From positions 1-35,552 of IMG/VR virus record IMGVR_UViG_3300020045_006710: a DNA stretch of 35,552 nucleotides. The stretch is one strand, 5' to 3'. The translations under genes and the position numbers were made by a program. Origin of the DNA: a virus. Lineage: Duplodnaviria > Caudoviricetes. Below the pieces are notes generated by a model. That model saw only the letters and a program-made list of their open reading frames with translations, was not told the origin of the DNA and made no database searches. Positions 1-7,865 of the stretch are shown here, in pieces; position 1 is the stretch's first letter; every line of letters starts with the position of its first letter.

Positions 1-33
1 ATAATAGCACATACTTTTTAGCCGGAGCAAGAA

Positions 34-294
34 ATGAAAACAATATATAGATTTGATGCGTCAAAAGGACATGTGCGCATAAAAATAAACAAAGGATCTG
101 AATTTTTGTGCTTTACGCAACAACAAGGTTATTTGTGGGTTTATTTTTTAGTTGATGACGATAGCGACGGAATGGAAACAAGATTTTTTCATGTCTATGC
201 TGAGCATGAAAAAGTGCCAGGAAATAGTTTAAATTATGTCGGATCAGACGTACTAAACGATATTTCATATCACTGTTTTGAGGCGGTAAAATAA
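34..294 (+). CDS. Small phage hypothetical protein (paralog of 453-710; resembles DUF7352-type proteins)
   Basis: GGAG RBS upstream; shares MKT(I/V)Y(R/K)...VDD...E.R.F...YV.S...H.FE with 453-710. Confidence 0.7.
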   Translation: MKTIYRFDASKGHVRIKINKGSEFLCFTQQQGYLWVYFLVDDDSDGMETRFFHVYAEHEKVPGNSLNYVGSDVLNDISYHCFEAVK

Positions 295-456
295 ATGACA
301 CAAGATGATATTAGAGAGCATGCAGCGCGGCATGGCTTGTCGCTGAGAGAGGCGCAAATGAAACTTGAAAAGTTCGAGATAGAAGGCGTTATTGACTCAC
401 TAGATGACAAAAAACTAAGGATAATTTTTAACTACATTATAGAGCGCATAAAATGA
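295..456 (+). CDS. Hypothetical protein, 53 aa (MTQDDIREH...)
   Basis: Read manually; fills the gap exactly and has an ATGA overlap with the next gene. Confidence 0.65.
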   Translation: MTQDDIREHAARHGLSLREAQMKLEKFEIEGVIDSLDDKKLRIIFNYIIERIK

Positions 457-710
457 AAACAGTCTACAAATATCCGCTAAGCCTCGGATGCCAAACAGTC
501 ATCAACGTGCTCAAAGGTGCACATCCTATTTACGCTGCTGATAGGGATGGCCAACCCTATTTATACATGATGGTTGACGATGTTAATGACAAAACGGAGG
601 AAAGAATCTTTTTGGTAGAATACGATATCGTTAATGCGACTAGTAACTTTGAGTATGTAACATCATTAATGATATGTTTTTTTGTTCGTCACATTTTTGA
701 AGTGAAATAA
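453..710 (+). CDS. Small phage hypothetical protein (paralog of 34-294)
   Basis: Shared motifs with 34-294; ATGA coupling. Confidence 0.7.
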   Translation: MKTVYKYPLSLGCQTVINVLKGAHPIYAADRDGQPYLYMMVDDVNDKTEERIFLVEYDIVNATSNFEYVTSLMICFFVRHIFEVK

Positions 711-713
711 AAC

Positions 714-742
714 TTGCAATTAAAACAAATTTGTTTTATTGT
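714..742 (+). promoter_or_regulatory. Sigma70-type promoter with palindromic operator in the spacer
   Basis: TTGCAA(714-719)-17 bp-TATTGT(737-742); perfect 18-bp palindrome TAAAACAAATTTGTTTTA at 721-738; near copy at 9007-9035. Confidence 0.7.
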
Positions 743-748
743 AGACAC

Positions 749-999
749 ACAAAAGAGTGGTTGACTTAAACAACTGGCTACCGGATGTTGCCGTGGTTGC
801 GTAGACGCATAACCATAGCCCACTAAACGCCGGGGATACGGAGGCATCACTCCCACGGACAAGCAATCAAGGACGGTTTTAGATGTTGGTCGTATTGAAC
901 CTGTCGCCGCTCCAGATACTTTACTATAAGAACGGCATTTGTTGGGGTTCGGGATTCCGGGCCGACCGTGGCCACTCCGGTTAATGAGTGGCGTTTTTT
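749..999 (+). ncRNA. Candidate structured non-coding RNA or leader (~250 nt), family not recognised
   Basis: No ORF in the supplied track; more GC-rich than flanks; several nested helices; bounded by promoter 714-742 and terminator 971-999. Confidence 0.5.
971..999 (+). terminator. Rho-independent terminator
   Basis: GCCACTC-8 nt-GAGTGGC followed by GTTTTTT. Confidence 0.7.
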
Positions 1000-1076
1000 A
1001 ATGGCTTTAGCACATGTCGGACGCAAGAGCCGTATATTCAGTTATTTATCCATGACTGCATTGCTAAAGCCATTAA
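998..1076 (+). promoter_or_regulatory. Long stem with two internal hairpins; possible RNase III site or leader structure
   Basis: Perfect 15-bp inverted repeat TTAATGGCTTTAGCA (998-1012)/TGCTAAAGCCATTAA (1062-1076). Confidence 0.5.
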
Positions 1077-1108
1077 CAAATTAACAACACAACATAAAAG
1101 GCAAAAAA

Positions 1109-1381
1109 ATGAAAACATTAGCACCAAAAATAGAAGTAATTGAAGTGGAAAATGAAGGCCTGAACAGCCTATTGGGCGAAACAGTGACATTCTTTTGTGC
1201 AATTTATATCTATACCGGAAAATTGGTTGGCGTAAACAGCTCTTTTGTAAAGATTGAAAACCCAAAGATAGTGTACGAAACAGGCGCATTTGACAATAAA
1301 GAATGGAAAGACGCGCAAGCGCTCCCAAATGACTTGTATCTGCAAACTGCTATGATTGAATCTTTTGGTATAGTGAAATGA
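1109..1381 (+). CDS. Small beta-rich protein, possible Sm/LSm-like fold
   Basis: Pattern L..LLGETV.FF...YIYTGKLVGV....VKIENP.IV resembles Sm motif 1; AAAAGG RBS. Confidence 0.6.
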   Translation: MKTLAPKIEVIEVENEGLNSLLGETVTFFCAIYIYTGKLVGVNSSFVKIENPKIVYETGAFDNKEWKDAQALPNDLYLQTAMIESFGIVK

Positions 1382-1665
1382 TTGCATCAAGAAAGCTATT
1401 ATATTGGTCTGGGTCTCGGTCTTGGGCTGGGGCTGGGTCTTGGTCTTGGTCTTGGTCTGGGTCTGGGTCTGGGTCTCGGTCTTGGACTGGGTCTGGGTCT
1501 GGGTCTTGGTCTGGGTCTGGGTCTGGGTCTTGGTCTTGGTCTGGGTCTGGGTCTGGGTCTCGGTCTTGGGCTGGGTCTCGGTCTGGGTCTCGGTCTTGGG
1601 CTGGGTCTCGGTCTGGGTCTTGGTCTCGGTCTCGGTCTGGGTCTTGGTCTCGGTCTCGGTCTTGA
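1378..1665 (+). CDS. Low-complexity (W/G/R)-Ser repeat peptide, 95 aa
   Basis: ATGA overlap with the upstream stop; stop codon immediately after the last repeat. Confidence 0.6.
   Translation: MIASRKLLYWSGSRSWAGAGSWSWSWSGSGSGSRSWTGSGSGSWSGSGSGSWSWSGSGSGSRSWAGSRSGSRSWAGSRSGSWSRSRSGSWSRSRS
1405..1662 (+). repeat. Tandem array of 43 hexamers, NGG-NCT (mostly TGG/GGG/CGG + TCT)
   Basis: Directly visible; 258 bp with a single A on the top strand. Confidence 0.95.
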
Positions 1666-1687
1666 AAATTTGATAAACGAGGTAAAA

Positions 1688-1849
1688 ATGAAAGGACAAA
1701 ACGTAATGATAAGTTTTGATGTGTGGGCGAAGCTTAAGGCCTATGCAGCGGACTTAACGATCAAAAGCGGGCATCGAGTCAATATGCGGAAGATTGTATC
1801 TGATGCGGTTGAGCAATATATTAACAGGGGGAAAAATGGCTCTTCCTAA
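1688..1849 (+). CDS. Ribbon-helix-helix (Arc/CopG-like) transcriptional regulator, 53 aa
   Basis: GAGGT RBS; beta strand QNVMIS, helix DVWAKLKAYAA, second helix MRKIVSDAVEQYI. Confidence 0.65.
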   Translation: MKGQNVMISFDVWAKLKAYAADLTIKSGHRVNMRKIVSDAVEQYINRGKNGSS

Positions 1850-2756
1850 AGACGTTAAAGGGTTCAACATGGCCTCGCTTGGCATCAAAGACAAGATGAC
1901 CAGGGAGACTGTAAAAGAAGCGGGAATTTACTGCCTAATTGGTGCGCCTGGAAGCGGGAAAAGCACAATAACTGCAAATTTGCCACGGGTTGCCATTATC
2001 CAGGTGGGGAACGAAACAGGGGCAAATAACCTTCCTCAGTATAAAGCGCCAACCTATGATCAGCTTGGCTTGTCTCAGTCAGATCATCTATTCGCCATGT
2101 TGCAATTTTACCGGTACGAAGAGCACAAATTTGAGAACATCGTAATCGACAACACCGGCACCGCGCAACTGGCCTTTTTTGCTGATGTAGAAGCCGATTA
2201 CAAAGGCAACGAAGATCTAGGTGACAAAGGTAAAGGCGCTGGCATGTGTCGCCCATACTGGGTGCGGCTCTTAAACTACTGCCATGACATTGCCAAAAAT
2301 CGCGGTATCAACGTATGGCTGTTAGGGCATCCGCTGGAATACAACGTCAACAATAAGGACGGTAGCTATTACACCAAAGTCTCAATAAACCTTCCGCGCA
2401 GCCCGTCAGTGGCTATAGCACAAATGGTTTTGGAACGTAGCGCTGGTGTGTTTTTTATTATTAGCAACTATATGCAATTGGTAGATAAGCGCGGCCTGGG
2501 GGCCGCACTGGCATCTAATACAGCGCACAAAAAGAAAGATGCCATCGGTGAGCGACAACTAACCATATTAACCGCTGAGCGAGACGGAATCGAGGCTAAA
2601 AACCGCTCATTCACCATGAAAGACGAGTATGAGATAGAAATTAGCGAAAACAAACGCGATGCCGTTACCGGCAAAAACGAATCCATCATGACATTCCTTT
2701 ATGACGTGACTGGCAAACCAGTTAAACAACAACCAAAGGTCGAAACAAATGAGTAG
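1836..2756 (+). CDS. AAA_24/Sak4-like P-loop ATPase (single-strand annealing recombinase)
   Basis: Walker A GAPGSGKST, Walker B IVIDN, LLGH, C-terminal AKNR; followed by SSB-like gene; start moved to ATG 1836 (GGGGG RBS). Confidence 0.8.
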   Translation: MALPKDVKGFNMASLGIKDKMTRETVKEAGIYCLIGAPGSGKSTITANLPRVAIIQVGNETGANNLPQYKAPTYDQLGLSQSDHLFAMLQFYRYEEHKFENIVIDNTGTAQLAFFADVEADYKGNEDLGDKGKGAGMCRPYWVRLLNYCHDIAKNRGINVWLLGHPLEYNVNNKDGSYYTKVSINLPRSPSVAIAQMVLERSAGVFFIISNYMQLVDKRGLGAALASNTAHKKKDAIGERQLTILTAERDGIEAKNRSFTMKDEYEIEISENKRDAVTGKNESIMTFLYDVTGKPVKQQPKVETNE

Positions 2757-3432
2757 CATTTTTACAAAATCAGACGGCACACAAGCCCAATTTAAAACCC
2801 AATACAAAACGCCTGAGCCCGAGAAAAAAAAGTATATCCCGGACAATACAATGGTCAAGGCGCAAATCATTAGCGCTGTATGGAAAGATGTGAGCGAATA
2901 TAATGACGCGCCTCAGCCAGTCATTGAGTATTTAGTGACTGAAAAAGAATTTGCTGGCGATGTGTTAAAGCAAACCATCCATCTAGGCGCTATTTTTGAT
3001 GAAAACCATAGAAACGCCGGTGAGCAAAACATTAAAAAACGTGATAAAGCCATCGACTTTTTTGCGGCATTATTAGCCCTTAGCGGCAAAGGCCTGATTC
3101 AAAAATTTGAAAAAGCCGGAAAGCCTGTGGCGATGAATAACGAGCTGCTATCTAAAGAATTGGTCGGTTTAAAACTGCTAATCAATGCCCGATTGATGGA
3201 CTCGCCTATGTTTGATTTTAGAACCGGCGAACCGATGATGGATCGCAATACCGGCAAACAGCGAATCAGTTACACGCAATATGTGGACGGTTGTGCGCTG
3301 CTGCCGAAGTCAAAAGCTAAGGATGCTGAAGAAGAGCTGCCACTGGATGACGAAGAATATGACAAAACGGACGAGGATTTTGAGGCCGATCCGGTAGATG
3401 GTGGTGATGAGTTTGAAACCGATCCATTTTAA
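2749..3432 (+). CDS. Single-stranded DNA-binding protein (DUF669-like)
   Basis: Follows Sak4-like gene; acidic tail ending in DPF. Confidence 0.65.
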   Translation: MSSIFTKSDGTQAQFKTQYKTPEPEKKKYIPDNTMVKAQIISAVWKDVSEYNDAPQPVIEYLVTEKEFAGDVLKQTIHLGAIFDENHRNAGEQNIKKRDKAIDFFAALLALSGKGLIQKFEKAGKPVAMNNELLSKELVGLKLLINARLMDSPMFDFRTGEPMMDRNTGKQRISYTQYVDGCALLPKSKAKDAEEELPLDDEEYDKTDEDFEADPVDGGDEFETDPF

Positions 3433-3446
3433 ATAAAACTTAACCT

Positions 3447-3469
3447 TACCCGCTCCGGCGGGTATTTTT
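3447..3469 (+). terminator. Rho-independent terminator
   Basis: TACCCGC-TCCG-GCGGGTA then T5. Confidence 0.75.
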
Positions 3470-3480
3470 GGCGGTGATAT

Positions 3481-3711
3481 ATGGACCAATACATAGAATT
3501 TAAGGTTTTAACAGAATATAACCAGAAAGAAGTTGAAGCGTTTGTTAGGGGATCGATAAAAGGCACAGCATTCCAGCCTATTGATCGAGTTATCGATTTT
3601 TATGACTGGAACGGCAAGGAAGTACAAATCAAGGTTGGCGACATTGTTGCAAAAACACAGTTCGGCATTATGCAGGTGCCTCGTGATTATTATTTATACC
3701 GGAGCGGTTAA
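3481..3711 (+). CDS. Hypothetical protein
   Basis: ORF with GGCGGTG RBS, abuts the next gene. Confidence 0.65.
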   Translation: MDQYIEFKVLTEYNQKEVEAFVRGSIKGTAFQPIDRVIDFYDWNGKEVQIKVGDIVAKTQFGIMQVPRDYYLYRSG

Positions 3712-3942
3712 ATGACAAAAAAACTACACATAGAATGTTCGCCATCAACCGGCACAATATTCGCCGGGCATGTACTAAAAAATGGAACAGTATGGGCGAA
3801 AAATAAACAAGACGTTACCATTGAGGCGCTAGTGGCTGCTGCCGATCACTGCACAAGGCACGCGGAGAAAACCGGAAGGCCGGTAGAAATAACAAAAGAC
3901 GGTTTTTTGGAATATAGAATAACAGTGGAGTCATTCAAATGA
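3712..3942 (+). CDS. Conserved phage hypothetical protein
   Basis: GGAG RBS; SP.TGTIFAG...W...K.DVT pattern typical of small phage ORFs. Confidence 0.65.
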   Translation: MTKKLHIECSPSTGTIFAGHVLKNGTVWAKNKQDVTIEALVAAADHCTRHAEKTGRPVEITKDGFLEYRITVESFK

Positions 3943-4067
3943 CAGAAAACCAAGTTTATATCCTATTGAAAATCATTGCGCTAGCAACAGAAAAGAAAAA
4001 GACTGTGGCGATTGAAGAATTGCTACTCAAATTACAAACAGAGCTGATTAAATCAGCAAGGGGTTAA
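3939..4067 (+). CDS. Hypothetical protein, 42 aa
   Basis: Read manually (MTENQVYILL...); ATGA overlap, GGAG RBS. Confidence 0.55.
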   Translation: MTENQVYILLKIIALATEKKKTVAIEELLLKLQTELIKSARG

Positions 4068-4069
4068 CA

Positions 4070-4570
4070 ATGGCAACTATCTACAATTTAACCGAACAAG
4101 CGCAGCAATTATTAGACTATTTGCTGTTTGAGGAGGATGACCAAGAAGCGTTAAAACTACTCGATACGGTTTATGGCTCAATTGAAAACAAATTGAAATT
4201 TGTGAGCACACTACTGGCTGAATCGCTGGCGCTAGAAGCAGGTTATGAGGCGGCGTTAAAGCAATTGCAAGACAAAAAGAAAGCATCGGATAGGCGTATT
4301 AAGCGGTTTAAAGACTATCTGGTATTTGGCATGGTTGAGAATAAAATCAATCGGATTGATGGCGATTATATCAGTGTTCGCACTCAAAATAACCCACCAA
4401 GCGTTAAGTATGCTGATGGTTTTGACGTAACAAAGTTGCCGCCAAGCTGCATTAAGACAATACCGGCTGAACTAAAGCCGATTGCTAATGAGATTAAAGA
4501 GCTGCTAAAGGCTGGCCAAGAATTGCCGGGCTGCTATCTTGAACAAGGCGTTGGTATTAGGGTGTGCTAA
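4070..4570 (+). CDS. Siphovirus Gp157-family (Gam-like) protein
   Basis: IYNLT N-terminus, coiled coil, NNPPSV motif, IKELLKAGQELPGCYL C-terminus. Confidence 0.85.
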   Translation: MATIYNLTEQAQQLLDYLLFEEDDQEALKLLDTVYGSIENKLKFVSTLLAESLALEAGYEAALKQLQDKKKASDRRIKRFKDYLVFGMVENKINRIDGDYISVRTQNNPPSVKYADGFDVTKLPPSCIKTIPAELKPIANEIKELLKAGQELPGCYLEQGVGIRVC

Positions 4571-4920
4571 TGAATAAATTGTCGTGGTTAATTTATTTTG
4601 CTGGTGCTGCTGAAGCTGTTTTTTTAGTTTCTGCGGTTGGTATAGCGGCTATAGCCGTTTGTGGCATTAATGCTTATATCTATAATGATGTTAATGGAGA
4701 TTATACGGGTTTTGTTAAAAAAGATCCTTTTGCTTTTAAATATCTTTTTATATTATTCACACTGGCTATTATATTCGTGCCAGGGAAAAAAACCATTCTG
4801 GCAATCTCTGCTAGCGAAATTGGCGAGGCTGCAGTTGTGCAGATTAAAGATAGCAAATATGCAAAGGCGCTGGACGCTTGGATTGATAGCCAATTAAAAG
4901 AAAATGGTGTTTCAAAATGA
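4570..4920 (+). CDS. Membrane protein
   Basis: Two or more hydrophobic segments followed by PGKKTILAI.ASEIGE. Confidence 0.65.
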   Translation: MNKLSWLIYFAGAAEAVFLVSAVGIAAIAVCGINAYIYNDVNGDYTGFVKKDPFAFKYLFILFTLAIIFVPGKKTILAISASEIGEAAVVQIKDSKYAKALDAWIDSQLKENGVSK

Positions 4921-6566
4921 AAAAGCGCCACGAATTACGCTATTTTCAAAAAGATGCGTGTCGCGCAATGGTGGCTAGTATGGAGCAGGGTAATAAGCCC
5001 TGCGCCAGCATCATGACCGCACTAGGCAAAGCGCTAATTGCATCTGCACTGGCTGAATGGGGGCGCAAGCGCGGCTTGCGCGTCCTTATTTTTGTGCCTA
5101 ATGCCAAGCTTGTTGAGCAAAATTATCTTGAAGCAATTGGTTTTTTAAGCCAGCCAAGCGAAGTTGGGATAGTGTGCAGCAAGATGGGTAAAAAACAAAA
5201 TACTAAGCCGGTCGTCATCGCTATGTATCAAAGTTTTTTATCGTTACGCGCAATAAGCGGAAAGTTTGACCTAGTGATTATTGACGAATGCCACATGGTT
5301 TCAAACAATCCAGAGTCGGCTTATCGGAAGATCCTGCGCAGCCTGTACCGTGTCAATCCAGACATGAAAACATGCGGCATGACCGCAACACCATATCGCA
5401 TGGGACAAGGTTTACTCACTGAAAAGTGCCTAAAAGGCGAGCCGTTTTTTAATGATATATGCTACGACACCAGCATTAATCCAGGTATTAAGCGGTTGGT
5501 TAATGAGGGCTATTTAGCACAATTAGATGTAATGAACACGACGACCAGCGTTGATTTAGCTGGCGTTAAAATGTCCGGGCATGAGTACAACACCCGTGCC
5601 ACGGGCGTTCGGTTTGATGCCATTATAGATGATGCTGTGCCGGAATTGGAGCGAGGCTTTGCGGAGGAAAATATAGAGACGGCGTTAATATTTGCGAGCA
5701 CTATTGAAAACGCACAACACATCCTTGACCGCTGGACGGACAAAGAGTGTATCAGCGTAGTTCATGGCAAGCTATCGACCGCCGAAATAAACAAGCGGCT
5801 ACATTGGCTTGAGCATGGAAAAGGCAAGCGTTATCTGGTTAACGTGGAGTTGCTTACTACCGGATTTAACTATCCAGGCTTGCAGGCCATTGCATTGTTA
5901 CGCGCCACCACGTCACCAGGCCTGCTCATTCAAATCATTGGCAGGTTAATACGTCCGTATGGCGAGCTGGTCGGAAAAATCTGGGACTTCGGCACTAACA
6001 TACAGCGCCTGGGTGGCATAGATGATATTCAGGTGCCTAAAACGCGCACCAAGAAAGCCGAAGCACTAAAAAAATACTGCAAGATTGAAGGATGTGGCGA
6101 ACCGAATCACCTAAGTGCAAAAACCTGTAAAAGCTGCGGCGCTTATTTTATCATTGAGGATGATAGTGGCAATTACTCCATGCGCACCAAGGCGCAAATC
6201 TTGTCGGATAAAATAGAGGATAGCCGTAAGGTGCTTGATGTATCGATAGTTGTCCCGACATTAACCTATGATAAACATGGCAAGCGATATATAAAGCTGG
6301 CGTTTCACGCCGGTTATGAATTGATTTATACGCACCACTTAATGCTGGAGCATTTTGGCGATATTGGCCGAGAGTCAAGAACATTTTTATTGCACTTGTT
6401 CAAAGAAATAGATTACTATAGCCAAGCGGCACAAATGAATTTTGACTGTGACAAGATTTATAAGCTGTTAACTGAGCATGATTACCTGTTCAAGAAAATT
6501 AACCAAATTACAACGATACAAGACGGGCGTTATCGGCGGCTTGAGAGCTGGGGGAGTGAAGAGTGA
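4917..6566 (+). CDS. SF2 DExH helicase (RadD/YejH-like) with Zn finger
   Basis: LRYFQ Q-motif, TALGKA, IIDECH, MTATPYR, LTTGFNYP, QIIGRLIR, C-x4-C...CxxC. Confidence 0.9.
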   Translation: MKKRHELRYFQKDACRAMVASMEQGNKPCASIMTALGKALIASALAEWGRKRGLRVLIFVPNAKLVEQNYLEAIGFLSQPSEVGIVCSKMGKKQNTKPVVIAMYQSFLSLRAISGKFDLVIIDECHMVSNNPESAYRKILRSLYRVNPDMKTCGMTATPYRMGQGLLTEKCLKGEPFFNDICYDTSINPGIKRLVNEGYLAQLDVMNTTTSVDLAGVKMSGHEYNTRATGVRFDAIIDDAVPELERGFAEENIETALIFASTIENAQHILDRWTDKECISVVHGKLSTAEINKRLHWLEHGKGKRYLVNVELLTTGFNYPGLQAIALLRATTSPGLLIQIIGRLIRPYGELVGKIWDFGTNIQRLGGIDDIQVPKTRTKKAEALKKYCKIEGCGEPNHLSAKTCKSCGAYFIIEDDSGNYSMRTKAQILSDKIEDSRKVLDVSIVVPTLTYDKHGKRYIKLAFHAGYELIYTHHLMLEHFGDIGRESRTFLLHLFKEIDYYSQAAQMNFDCDKIYKLLTEHDYLFKKINQITTIQDGRYRRLESWGSEE

Positions 6567-6754
6567 GCATAGACAAATATATTAATCATCCGCAAAAAAG
6601 CCTGATTTTAACGCTAAAAATTAAACATCTAAATAAAAAACTAGACGAGGCGATTGAATGGAACTTTGGTTATTGTCCAAGTGATAATGTTTATTTTGAT
6701 AGAGACCTAGAAGAAAGGAACGCTTTAATTGAACTGAATAGGAGTGAAGAGTGA
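6563..6754 (+). CDS. Hypothetical protein
   Basis: GTGA overlaps at both ends; flanked by 14-bp direct repeat. Confidence 0.6.
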   Translation: MSIDKYINHPQKSLILTLKIKHLNKKLDEAIEWNFGYCPSDNVYFDRDLEERNALIELNRSEE

Positions 6755-7068
6755 TGGAAATTGATAATTACGTATATAGAATTGAAGCTTACCATATAGC
6801 AGAGTACAGCGCGTCAATAAGATGTGAAAAGTATAAAATAGTAAAAAGAACGCCATGCGGGGTATGGATAGAAGAATGCACAGGCTTTCGCCGATTCATA
6901 AATCAAAATGCGCGTAAGCAATGGTCTTACCCTACGCACAAGGAAGCTCTGCAAGGATTTGTAGCAAGGAAAAAAAGGCAATTGCAAATCTTGAGCGTCC
7001 AAATAGAATGTGCTGAGAAGCTAAAATTTGAGGCAATGTTGCAATTAAAAAAGATTGAGGTTGTGTAA
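6751..7068 (+). CDS. Conserved phage hypothetical protein
   Basis: KRTPCGVWI...ARKQWSYPT..EAL..F.ARK motif. Confidence 0.7.
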   Translation: MMEIDNYVYRIEAYHIAEYSASIRCEKYKIVKRTPCGVWIEECTGFRRFINQNARKQWSYPTHKEALQGFVARKKRQLQILSVQIECAEKLKFEAMLQLKKIEVV

Positions 7069-7232
7069 TGGAAAAAACATTGATAAGAATTGAGACGGAA
7101 ACAGAAACGTGCGAAGGATGTGCTTTTAACAAAAGCCATAGTTATTGCGGAGCCTATGCCGGACACTTCCCTTGTCGAGACTTGAACAAAAGAAAAGAAT
7201 ATATATGGGTGGTGAATGAAGATGAAAAATAG
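7068..7232 (+). CDS. Small Cys-rich protein, 54 aa
   Basis: Read manually: CEGCAF...C...PC; GAGG RBS. Confidence 0.6.
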   Translation: MEKTLIRIETETETCEGCAFNKSHSYCGAYAGHFPCRDLNKRKEYIWVVNEDEK

Positions 7233-7647
7233 AAACTTAAAGCACGTTGACGAATGGGCGACTCCAAAATCATTTTATGACGAATTGAATAAAAGATTTA
7301 ATTTTACGTTCGATCCTTGTCCGTTAAATTATGATGCAATAACGCCAGAAACTGACGGATTGTTAAAAGACTGGGGCGCAAGTAATTTTGTAAATCCGCC
7401 TTACAGCCGAAAACTTAAAGAAGCTTTCATTAGAAAGGCTTATGAAGAAAGCAAAAAAGGCAAGAAAGTTGTCATGCTTTTGCCGGTGTCAACAAGCACT
7501 AAAATATTTCATGAGGTGATATTCCCTAATTGTGATATAGAGTTTGTTAAAGGTCGAATTGGGTTTATTGGATATAGAACGGACGGTTCATTAACTAATG
7601 AGAAAACCAAAGGCATGCATGATTCAATGTTGTGTATATTCAGATGA
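7216..7647 (+). CDS. Phage DNA N6-adenine methyltransferase (phage Dam-like family)
   Basis: DEWATP, FDPC, DGL..DW, FVNPPYS catalytic motif, VMLLPV, FVKGRI.F. Confidence 0.85.
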   Translation: MKMKNRNLKHVDEWATPKSFYDELNKRFNFTFDPCPLNYDAITPETDGLLKDWGASNFVNPPYSRKLKEAFIRKAYEESKKGKKVVMLLPVSTSTKIFHEVIFPNCDIEFVKGRIGFIGYRTDGSLTNEKTKGMHDSMLCIFR

Positions 7648-7865
7648 TAAACACAACGAAATTAACAATTAGCCCAAGTGATGTGGTAATCAAAACATTT
7701 CCGCAATATATTAGCGGAATGTTGGCAGAATATAACGGTCCAGGCGTTACGGTTACTCACATCCCAACCGGCATAGCTGTTAGTTGTGATTCTGAGCGGA
7801 GCCAGCATTCCAATATAGAGATAGCATTGGCTAAACTAGACAGCCTTGTTGATGAAAATAGATGA
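7644..7865 (+). CDS. Peptide chain release factor domain-3-like mini-protein lacking GGQ
   Basis: VTVTHIPTGIAVSCDSERSQHSN...AL..L matches class I RF core; ATGA overlaps at both ends. Confidence 0.8.
   Translation: MINTTKLTISPSDVVIKTFPQYISGMLAEYNGPGVTVTHIPTGIAVSCDSERSQHSNIEIALAKLDSLVDENR

Noticed and set aside
825-975. tRNA or tmRNA (GGGGTTCGGGATTCC resembles a T arm)
   Set aside because: No canonical TTCRA T loop, acceptor stem or cloverleaf could be built
1405-1662. CRISPR array or DGR variable region
   Set aside because: Six-base tandem unit without spacers; no cas gene, reverse transcriptase or template-repeat copy in the window
1169-1699. Reverse-strand Thr/Gln/Glu/Lys ORF and the + strand VWVW ORF (1404-1673)
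   Set aside because: Open only because the repeat lacks stops; no RBS or coupling; the reverse ORF is antisense to an operon
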